Source: Marsupella aquatica (lineage: Eukaryota > Plantae > Marchantiophyta). Taken from it: a stretch of DNA of 64,000 bases. Position 1 is the first letter of the stretch. The number at the start of each line of letters is the position of its first letter. Location of the stretch: contig OZ316895.1 in the NCBI GenBank assembly GCA_973895155.1, forward strand, positions 14,612,548 through 14,676,547. Direction: 5' to 3'. Shown piece by piece: positions 41,035-50,715 of the stretch. The notes under the pieces are model-generated. The model was not told the origin of the DNA. It searched no databases and saw only the letters and a program-made list of their open reading frames with translations. The translations under genes were made by a program, and so were the position numbers.

Positions 41035-41655
41035 CTGGGGGGCCTCACTCTAAAGGGGGTCTCGTATGGGGTCTCATAACATGCTCGACATTTTTAGCAA
41101 TTAAACACCCTAAAAAATAAGAAGAAAAAAATTGAACTATTTCTCTGCAACTCTTGTTTGGCCCCAAATGAAATACTCCCAAATTTCATTTCTAAAATCA
41201 TATCGATCCTTCTCTTATAATTCTCAAAATTGGATTTTAGAAACCCTAGCTAATGTTCTTTTACATAAATTTAAAAGTATTCTTTTCAACCCAATAAACA
41301 AACCATATACTTACTTGCGCATGATCTCGGGGGTTTCACTTCCACAAAAATGGCATATCACGTGCGACGAAGGATAGGGTCATTTTATTGGTTTTAAGGG
41401 AAGACTTAAGAATTTTTGTAGAAGAACAATAGGGTCTTTTAAATTCAATTTTGAGACTTATAAGAACATTAGGGTCTTTTTAATCCAATTTTTAGAATAT
41501 TCCAAGAATATTCCAACTTTATAGGGGTTAAAAATAATTTTCTTACATTTTAGGGGGTCCGAGGCCTAAAAACATCGCAGGCGATGGGGAGGTCCCCATA
41601 TAGTGAGACCCCCGAGCGCATGATGGGTAAAAAGTAAATAAGTGAGGACCCTGAG
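41035..41655. mobile_element. MITE, same family, older (copy 2, outer)
   Basis: Ends CTGGGGGGCCTCACT ... AGTGAGGACCCTGAG; perfect 8-bp TSD AAGTTATC (41027-41034, 41656-41663). Confidence 0.8.
41326..41616. mobile_element. MITE (copy 3, nested in copy 2)
   Basis: 15-bp TIRs CTCGGGGGT(T/C)TCACT; perfect 8-bp TSD CGCATGAT (41318-41325, 41617-41624). Confidence 0.93.
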
Positions 41656-42628
41656 AAGTTATCCTTCACATACTAAGAACATCTTTGGGACAGAAATATA
41701 AAATTGTCCATGGAACACATAGGTATTGAGTTAGTATTTGAATCAAAACCTGCCACAAGTATTTACTTAAAAATATTTTTCTACCTTGTGGAGAAAGAGT
41801 ACGTCCAAACTTATAGAGGACTCAAAAACATTTGAGCTATTCCAAATTTTACTTTTTATCACAAAAACAATTTAGGTCTCAAAAAATGTAGACATTGCTT
41901 CTTGTGTACATATCTGGCTTGAGCATACAAAATAAATCATACTCTTAGTACCTTACTTCATTTTTAAAGTTGTCCAACTAAGGGGTATTAGAGCAATCAT
42001 GTTTGAATGATGTGGGGGCTAAGTTCATGTAATTATTGTATTGAAATCAAAATTATTACCCTTTAACTTTGTGAGCAACTATTGGAGGTCAGAAATTATT
42101 ACCTAGATGGCAAGAATTTAAAAATACAATTTTAATGATATCAGATTTTCTGGAACTACTTTCTCTCCCTGTTAGTTCTCTACCAGCTTTTTTGATAGAA
42201 ATTTGTGGCTCAAATTAAACAAAAGAATGACTATAGTTTTTAGATACAGGTCATGTTTTAGGCGTACAGTTTACTAAGTTGGGTTGGAAAGTTTGCATGT
42301 CGTGATTTCTAAGAATTTTTGAATGTCATGATTAAGCTTTGACTACAATAGGTCATCAGCCTCTTGAGGTGCTAGTCTAAACAAAGAAAGTCCGGACCAG
42401 GAGCAAATCACCCTTGGTAACTACATAGAAATTTCAATTTATCACTATATATAGCATGTTCATCTTGGAATATGCTTTGTTTTTGTTCTTGTAGTGATGT
42501 GTAAACAATTATTGCATTATATTGGATAGGATTGATCAAGTAGAAAAAATAGGGCACATAGTACATGTTACATAATGACCAGGAAAAGCACAAGTGCACA
42601 AATCTTGAAAAGTTGAGCACACAAGGTA

Positions 42629-42917
42629 CTCGGGGGTTTTACTTCCACAAAAATGGCATATCACATGCGACGAAGGATAGGGTCATTTTATTGGTTCTAA
42701 GGAAAGACTTAAGAATTTTTGTAGAAGAACAATAGGATCTTTTAAATTCAATTTTGAGACTTATAAGAACATTAGGGTCTTTTTAATCCAATTTTTAGAA
42801 TATTCCAATAATATTCCAACTTTATAGGAGTTAAAAAAAATTCTTACATTTTAGGGGGTCCGAAGCCTAAAAACATCGCAGGCGATGGGGAGGTCCCCAT
42901 ATAGTGAGACCCCCGAG
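42629..42917. mobile_element. MITE (copy 4, near-identical to copy 3)
   Basis: CTCGGGGGTTTTACT ... AGTGAGACCCCCGAG; perfect 8-bp TSD ACAAGGTA (42621-42628, 42918-42925). Confidence 0.93.
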
Positions 42918-43920
42918 ACAAGGTACAGATTCACTTGTTTTAATGGCACTCAAATCAGAGAAAAAGTGTGCACTTTAAAAGGTACAAAAGATCCCTTGCC
43001 TTAGTTAATAACAATAAAAACCATAAGCCAAATATAAGTTTGAGGAGTCAGTACTTATAATTGAAGCATGGTTGAGGAGTTCACTCTCAAATTACCAATT
43101 ACCTCTCATTCACTAGAATTGCAAGAAATCCATTAAAGGATTCTTATGCAACTTTGAAAAGGGAAAATCCAGGAAAGGTATTATTTATAATGGTAAATTA
43201 AAGAATGGTAGGGGGAGTCACAGTTGATATGCATGGATTGCTACTTGATTCTTGTATAGCATTTGGCAACTCCCTTTTCTTCTTAGGTGTCACTCTTTTC
43301 TTCACACTCAATGTAATTGTTTTTTGTATGTTCCTTCTCTTTGCCAATTTCTTCAATAGATGACCACAGGAAAAAAAAGGTGCAACATGTTATTATAGTT
43401 TTAGATGTTGTCAAATGTGTTTGTCCCTTTATATATGTATCCCAAAACCCTGTCACCCCAGCCAAGAGTAGTTTGGCCTCCAACCCCGTTATTAACTCAT
43501 CCAAATATATACTGAATTTTGTCAAGTATACCAAGGGGATGGGTGTGTACACTCTCCTTGCATTGCATGCACATGAATGAGTACTACATTGGGGCACCGG
43601 TCAATATAAATAGACAATGGTCGGGGAGTGATTGGATAATAAAAGAGTGTATTTGCTAATGTGATGAGGAATATCAAAAAGGGTATTCTTTACATTTCCT
43701 TCATTGTTTTCTGGGTATTATTTTTATTTGTCCTCTAAGCTTTGCTTTGAAAATTTGAGTTATTTCACTTGGCATGGAAAATGGTAAATTTTGAAAATGG
43801 CACAACCCTTTATTGTAGGAGTTAATGTCCAACAAAATATTGCAAAGTGGCAACCCTTTCATTTCAATCTTTTATTATAGGAGCTAATGTCCCACAAAAT
43901 GTGGCCCAGTAAATAATGGC

Positions 43921-44330
43921 ACAAATTAGAGGCCTTTCGAAAAGACCATCATTGAATACACAAATTAGCGGTCTTTTGAAAAGACCATTATTGAATACAC
44001 AAATTAGCGGTCTATTGAAAAGACCATTATTGAATACACAAATTATTTAGCGGTCTTTCTAAAAGACCATTATTGAATACACAAATCATGAATACACAAT
44101 TTATTTAGCGGTCTTTCGAAAAGACCATTATTCAATACACAAACTAGCGGACTTTCGAAAGACCATTATTGAATACACGATTTAGCGGTCTTTCAAAAAG
44201 ACCGTTATTCAATACACAAACTAGCGGTCTTTCGAAAGACCATTATTGAATACGCAATTTAGCGGTCTTTCGAAAAGACCATTATTCAATATACAAACTA
44301 GCGATCTTTCGAAAGACCATTATTGAATCC
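43921..44330. repeat. Minisatellite, 10 x ~38-43 bp, each unit with an internal palindrome
   Basis: Consensus acaaattagcggtctttcgaaaagaccattattgaatac. Confidence 0.93.
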
Positions 44331-44595
44331 GTTACGCAAACTACACTAGGTTCTCTTCAGAAGCAACCCATGTAATTTGAGTGGGAAAATTATATGAACT
44401 AAGGCAAAATCAAATCCACCCAACTCATGAAAAGGAGTCACCCCGGAACATCAGAGAAACAGCCTTGTAATGGGAAACGCGCTTAGAAGGTGGAAGAAGT
44501 CAATCTTCATTCTATCGTCGAGCAGAGTCCCTGAAAACCCAACCAGGCGGACGACCAAAGTCATCTCCACTGTAATCAACTCGATTCTAGCTCTA

Positions 44596-45279
44596 TCAGT
44601 CAGACAAGTAAATAATATGTGGTAGGGGCTTCGGGACCTCAGGTTCTCCATCAGAGTTGACGTACAGAATGCCTTCTGAGCCATTATCGTCATCAGATTT
44701 TCTCTGAGAGCCGGACTCGCTAGACGTTGGGCTGATGCAGTCTCCAGAATCTCCCTCAGATCGAGAGTCTGGGCCATTATCGTCATCAGATTTTCTCTGA
44801 GAGTCGGACTCGGTAGACGTTGGGCTGATGCAGTCTCCAGATTCTCCCGAACCCACATTACTACTTCTTGGCGCTTCTGACGGCTCAACAATACAGCCAG
44901 CTTTTGTCGCATCAAACTTGAGCTCAATCCATCCTCGTCTTGGTCTCGGTTTATTTCTTCTATACATCTGTGTCCTACCAAAATATCGACGATATCGACA
45001 TTCCCTCGATGTTATTGCTTCAAGAAGGACAGAAAACATTTCCGTACATGCCCCACTCTGATGGTTAGGTTTAGTACTAGTACTCTCAGCGTCACTGACA
45101 GCAGCCCCCACCTGATATTCCCCACTCTCGCCCCCACTCTGGTTAGTGCTTCCAGCATCACTGACAGTATTCATTGCAACATTCATCACCAGTGATTGAA
45201 CATGTGCCCCGCTCGGATCGTTAGACCCGAAGGTTTGAGCGTCACTATCAGCAGCCGCCACATGTGTCCTCTTCGGCAT
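44596..45279 (-). CDS. Acidic/Ser-rich protein, paralogue B (227 aa)
   Basis: Same 5' UTR intron architecture as paralogue A; internal 31-aa repeat (SGDCISPTS.ES.SQRKSDDDNG); C-terminus GILYVNSDGE...PHIIYLSD* is homologous at DNA level to the 3' end of A. Confidence 0.6.
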   Translation of the reverse strand: MPKRTHVAAADSDAQTFGSNDPSGAHVQSLVMNVAMNTVSDAGSTNQSGGESGEYQVGAAVSDAESTSTKPNHQSGACTEMFSVLLEAITSRECRYRRYFGRTQMYRRNKPRPRRGWIELKFDATKAGCIVEPSEAPRSSNVGSGESGDCISPTSTESDSQRKSDDDNGPDSRSEGDSGDCISPTSSESGSQRKSDDDNGSEGILYVNSDGEPEVPKPLPHIIYLSD

Positions 45280-48200
45280 GCATCTCTACTGGCCTTCGAT
45301 GTGTTGGTCTATCCTTGTTGCAACAACGAAACGTGCATCGTTAGTAATTGGGACAGCCGAAATTATTTTCTCTCTGGACAATCATCGGGCGACCAGGTCA
45401 AATTCTCTAGACAGCCATTTGCGCACACAGACGCCGGCCGTAGACCATTACGCAGTGTCTTCTGACCGCTCACTTACTCAGAAGCAGTTTATTTCCAACA
45501 AAACTATGTGAGAGATATGAACGATCGATGATACGGAATACATACTCAATCAAACTTTCGATAAAGCCTCATTAGAGCTGCGTGATAAAAAACTAACGAA
45601 CAGATCAAAAAGTAAGAGACCAACGTGAGTATCTATCTCTCGAGAAGCAAGCCGGGGACTACACTTTCGATAAAACGATAAAACAGAGTGGGCTAGAAAA
45701 CTGACGAAACTTGTCAAACAGTACGAAACCACTGAAGGTGAGTGTACATGCATATCTCGACAAGCAAACGGCGAGGAGACTCCCTGTAGCGACTCACCAG
45801 AACGGTCCAAAATACTGACGAAACAGTACGAATTCAATCTTCGAAACTAGTGTTAGTGATAGATATCCTCTAGTTCAGTACTTCTCTTGCGTTTCGGGTA
45901 CAATACATAAAGAAGACTTCTGATGAAACCTTATCAGAGCGACATAAAAAATCAGCAACCAAACAAATTCCGAAACCACTTTGAGAACCCTTCTCTTACA
46001 GACAAGGTATGATCGAAGGCTAGGGTCAAAACGTAAGAGTTCGACCAATGCTAGTATCCTGCCGATCGTGCGAACAAGATTATGAAGGCACAGTAGCTAG
46101 CTGCCGGTGCTTTACACACATGTTGTAGTGGTTAGAATTCATGGAAAAGTATACTTACATCCTGAAAACTTCGTGTTCGATCAATATCTGGACCTTTTGC
46201 TTCTTCAGACTGACTCTACGAATTTTTCTCCGACTCTCGACACCTCAACAGATCACAAGAAGAGAGACGGCACCCAGAGAATAGACTGAAGCTCGGAACA
46301 GATCTCAAAGAGCTAGAGGGAAGAACGGAGATCGAGAACAACTGAAGGCAAGACAGTCACTCCTGTGAACAGCTAGACCATGAGAGCGGAGCGGCGCGCG
46401 GGGGCGAGACTGAAATTCATAGTGAGTGTGCTTCGAGAGCGCTACTGTATCCTGAGATAGTTCCTATCCTACCTTCCGTCATTCCAATTTATTACACCCG
46501 GACTTGTAGCAGAAAATTACGGACTTTAGATGAGTATACAATAAACATGAATTGTTTTTTTTTTTTTTTTTTAAAACCCGAAGCCCGACCAGAAGTGGCC
46601 TACTAGTGATCATGATGGCTCTATGTGGCTGGGTTAGGGTTCAGGTGAAGAGCTCGTGCAATCCTTGTCTCCAGACCCATGTGACCTTCTCTTATCAAGT
46701 GTAGAATGCACACCCATGTTACCTTCCTCTTATCAAATGTAAAATGTCTGTACTTTAAAATGGTACTCTTAGACAGCTACAAGCCTGGACTATGGACAAA
46801 GCCTTGCCATTTGCGGCCCAGCTTAGCCTACGCGCCTCCGGCCCCAACTTAGCTTGAGTTTCCTGTATTTAAGACCAATCTTAATCCTGGTCGGCTGGTC
46901 CCTAATGAATCATCCTGTCAAGTACGCAGCACCCAATGTGATTTGTACTCCTGGCATCTTACCGGAGGAACATGGCTTCGAGTCGAGGTCGTTATTAAGG
47001 GCTCATGTAGCCTCATCTGATTTTATCGCTATCATCCCTTGTCCCGCGACCCTAACTTCGATCCCTACCTAGAGATGACTGGAATGGATGCTTTCTTTGT
47101 TTAAGGACCGTCTCCTGGATAAGGGTCAAAGCTGCACAAAAGATTAAATTTGCTCCCTATACGTCTGATAAGAAATAAATCCAATACGCTTTGACGTCGT
47201 TACAATATTGTATGAAAAATTACTTTTGACTTTCGAATAAAAGAGTGTCACGTGGACTCAGTCATCATTTCGTTGAATGGGATGTGCCTATCGTGTAGGG
47301 GTAGTGTATCCGAGTCACATCAAGAGCATTTGAAGAAATTACTCGCCGGTATATATGGAGTTCATCTGAATCGAGGTCATTTTGTTTAATTAGTTAGATA
47401 CCGTCATTGCTCGGAACTCAACAGTTAACCCGTTGGCCATGTGAACTCATTCAGAGATCTAGATACTCATCTGACTGGCGAATGAACGATCATGAAAATC
47501 CAAGGCCATTTCAGGAGTTTGTTTAGGTTTTATTTCATGTCTCTTGAATTTTGAATGGCTTTCCGGATAAATGAATGGTTTCACAAGAACTAGTAATGTA
47601 CACTCAAAGGCTTGATTTCCCGGGCACTAGCTTGGTGCCGGCCTGATCTAATCTCGATCCATGTATGTATATTGAAATTAATTCAGTCATAATGTAATGG
47701 GCCTCAACAAACCGCTTCCTTCAATCAAACCTAGGTGATCTCAGTATTCGTTTCATTAAATGGTACAATCAGATCAAAGAGATTGAATTTTGACGACTAC
47801 TAATCTCCATCTTTGAAATGAAATTAATCCACAGTTTATTCATTCCACTTTTTTGAATCAACCCGCTCCGATCTACAACCAGAATAAAATGCTACAATTA
47901 ATCACAGCAAACGGAACTCATGTAAGAAATTGAGCATGCTCTGTGTATCTACAGTAGCTGTCGATGCTGAATTCATTTGCATTCTTAGAAGGAAATTGAG
48001 ACCAAACTAACTGATCTTCTGTGCTACTTCAATCCCTCGCACAACTTCGAGAGACATTGCCATATGGATGCAGCCCTCCACGATCGAGTAGGGAAAATAC
48101 AGTGGGAAATCACCTTTACACTTTCCGCTCTCTCTAAGCGCCCATATTAAGCGCAAAATTTCGTTTGTCAGGTATCCTGTTATTTCTTTTTATTTTACAC

Positions 48201-48416
48201 AATATTGAATTGCAGAATTTGCATTTCCTCTATGTGCAAAATGGACTGGAATTATTCCACAAAATGACGAGCAAAATCCGTGAAAGTGTATTGTGTATTT
48301 ACAAAGGAATGGTGTGTATTTATCAGTCAGAGCACAATCGCATCAGCCTGCATTTACTAATGAGTGCACACTCTTTATTAACAAAGTAAAAAATGTTATC
48401 TATGGTGTTGACCGCC

Positions 48417-48490
48417 AATCAAATGTAGAGGCAGGGTACAAAAAGGCCACCAAACAGGAGCCTTTTTGTACCCTGCCTCTACATTTGATT
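48417..48490. other. Hairpin with a perfect 31-bp stem and 12-nt loop
   Basis: AATCAAATGTAGAGGCAGGGTACAAAAAGGC (48417-48447) is the exact reverse complement of 48460-48490; a third partial arm copy lies at ~48517-48532. Confidence 0.92.
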
Positions 48491-48727
48491 CATCTTGTTT
48501 TTTCGAGGAAAAAATAAAATGTAGAGGCAGGGATGTACAATTTATGTAACGGGTACTCAATGACAGATTTGACGGATGGGCCATTTATTGCTTGCACTTA
48601 TCAAGGAATGCAAAATGGGCTTAGTGCACTTATAGAGACACCTGTACAGTGCAGATCGTAAACCTTAAGAAACCAAATCGGTTCAGAAAATTCCGCGTGA
48701 CAACTATTAAGACAGGTTTGGCTCTCC

Positions 48728-48790
48728 TGTCCCTTGCGGCTTGCGCTGTCCCGTGCGCTGTCCCTTGGGCTGTCCCTTGCGCTGTCCCTT
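48728..48790. repeat. 12-bp minisatellite (~4-5 x tgcgctgtccct)
   Basis: Directly visible tandem units. Confidence 0.85.
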
Positions 48791-49053
48791 CGGGGAGTCC
48801 TTTATATCCCCTTTCGTGGGGCCAGAAGACAGTCGTACAATTTGTCTTTTCTTCGTCTCCCCAAAATGGGGAATGAATACGGACAAGTACAGTTTTGGGA
48901 CAGGAGGGTAATGCCCTGCGTGATCTTCCACGTGGCTAGTAGGTTTCTTCCAGGGCAATTTTTTAGGGCTTTAAAATTATTTGCGGGGATGGCCAATGTT
49001 GAAAACGAAGCCCTGCCAGATAAACCTTATGGTTTCCAGTGCTGCGCCCATGA

Positions 49054-49138
49054 ACTGAGAGCGTTGACAGTGTAAAGGGAAGGCATGAAACTCACCCGTG
49101 GACTGAGAGAGTTGACAGTGTAAAGGGATGGCATGAAA
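49054..49138. repeat. 2 x ~49-bp tandem duplication
   Basis: actgagag.gttgacagtgtaaaggga.ggcatgaaa twice. Confidence 0.85.
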
Positions 49139-49760
49139 GTCATGGACACCACCAAAATGACTTCACATATGGGTGGGAACACAAGAGTATTTGTTTGTCT
49201 ATTAACCACACATTTGTCCGACGAATACATCCAAAGTAGAGTGAATCGAACACTTTAGGAACTGACAACCTTTGAGCCGTGCATTCTTTCTGGTTAATAA
49301 CTTCCTAGTCCATGATCAAATCAAGTGATTGTCGGCTTGTTCAAAATATGATTTGAGGCCGGAAATTACTTTGTGGACCACAAGGCAACTAATGGACCCC
49401 ATTTTACCTGCTAGCCGACATCATAAAAGTCTGTGTTGTGCCACCGGCAAAAAGACCCTTTTTACAATGCTCAGTATGACGTAAAACAATTGCAAAATGT
49501 AATAGTGTTAGCTGCTTAACCTAAAACTAAGAACTAAACTTTCTCAACCAAGCATGTACACCATCATAGTCCTGGGCTGGCCTGACCTGGCCGGATTCCA
49601 GTTAACTTGCTTCCTCTGTGCCTGCCATGCCTTCCTACATTAAACCTGGAAAGCTCAGCTCATACAGAAAAATATCAAAAAGTTGAGTTTGGAATGTGGG
49701 GTCAGTGCATTGGAAGTGAGCCACTATGTGAGCATGTTTAATTGCAGATGTTAGTAATGG

Positions 49761-50036
49761 CTTGGGGGTCTCACTATATGAGGGCCTCCCCATCAACTAA
49801 ATCAAGATTGCAAGAAAAAAAAAATCAACCCCTATAAAGTTGGAATATTCTTGGAATCTTCCAACTTATTGATTAAAAATACTCTAATGTAACTTTTATA
49901 AGTTTCAACATTTAATTTAAATACCATATTGTTCTTGTGAGAAAATTCTTAAGTTTTCTATTAGAACCAATAAAACTATCCTAGATTTTGTCGCATGTGA
50001 TGTGTCATTGTTGTAGATTAAAATGAAACCCCTTAG
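49761..50036. mobile_element. MITE (copy 5, inverted relative to copies 3 and 4, diverged)
   Basis: CTTGGGGGTCTCACT ... AATGAAACCCCTTAG; TSD AGTAATGG/ATTAATGG (7 of 8 match); internal ctataaagttggaatattcttggaat is the reverse complement of a copy-3 segment. Confidence 0.85.
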
Positions 50037-50351
50037 ATTAATGGGAGGCATGTTGCAGTTGTTGCCCATGTCCCTGCCCATCCTATAGGCAAGGCAGCCC
50101 CTTTCAAGGAGGAGGCAATGTTGCTCTGTATGGTACTATGGGGATTTGTTTTCCGGCTTTCTTTGGAGGCTATGACTTTGAAGTTTTACATCCATTTTTT
50201 GACCATTTCCTGCAATCATTGTGGTTTGTTGCGTAGAAAGATGAGCTTATATATCACTCAGTTTCTGTCCTCATATATTGTCCTCTTTCTACATTGGGTG
50301 TTTACTCCAATGTTTATAGAGGGCTCAGGCAGCATTCACTATTCTACATAG

Positions 50352-50715
50352 TGTTGAGTAAAAATGACATTCCGGACAACATGCACATGTGACAAATGAT
50401 CGAATCCAACAAATAAATAATATGTGATTAATTATCCTTTGATGAGGTTACGTCCACACGAACACACAGGAAATTCATTGCACTCTAGGTCCATTGGTCA
50501 GAGTTACCAAGTCTCCATAACACAAGTCTCACTATCTCTCAAATTGCTTCATAACGATGAGCCTGATTTTATGCTCCACAAACAAACACTACTAACTTGT
50601 GTATATACGATGCAACACATTTGGTAACCTAATCAGTCTGCAACCATGCTTTACTCATAGGACCCCTAACTATGGCTACAGTCATTACTCTAGACCTAAG
50701 AATAAATGCCTAACA
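50352..50715 (-). mobile_element. Solo LTR related to the 2695-8632 copia family
   Basis: TGTTGAG...CTAACA, 364 bp, with collinear shared blocks atgagg.tacgtccac..gaacacaca, tgcactctagg, ctatctctcaa and taac.atgagcct; no adjacent PBS, PPT or ORF. Confidence 0.85.

Larger units (their letters stand above)
40810..41734 (+). mobile_element. Non-autonomous Helitron-like element hosting two nested MITEs
   Basis: A|TCTATATATA... 5' end; 3' end ccatggaacacataggtattgagTTAG|T, a decayed version of the 13464 end; internal atgacatcttttgcacaac motif. Confidence 0.65.
35050..46785 (-). repeat. Tandem segmental duplication: block A ~35050-38757, block B ~42138-46785
   Basis: Collinear shared segments: atatcagatttt..ggaactact (35051/42139), aacc(a/c)atgtaatttga (35716/44366), atcagtcagacaag region (35925/44596), intron acceptor region (37106/45315), 5' exon (38180-38460/46160-46460) and aagagctcgtgcaa (38732/46648). 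Confidence 0.85.

Noticed and set aside
43921-44330. CRISPR-like look (palindromic repeats at regular spacing)
   Set aside because: The intervening sequences are near-identical rather than unique spacers, there are no cas genes and the context is eukaryotic; it is a minisatellite.
46940-47000. tRNA/SINE-like B-box (ggcttcgagtc)
   Set aside because: No cloverleaf, convincing A-box, tail or TSD.
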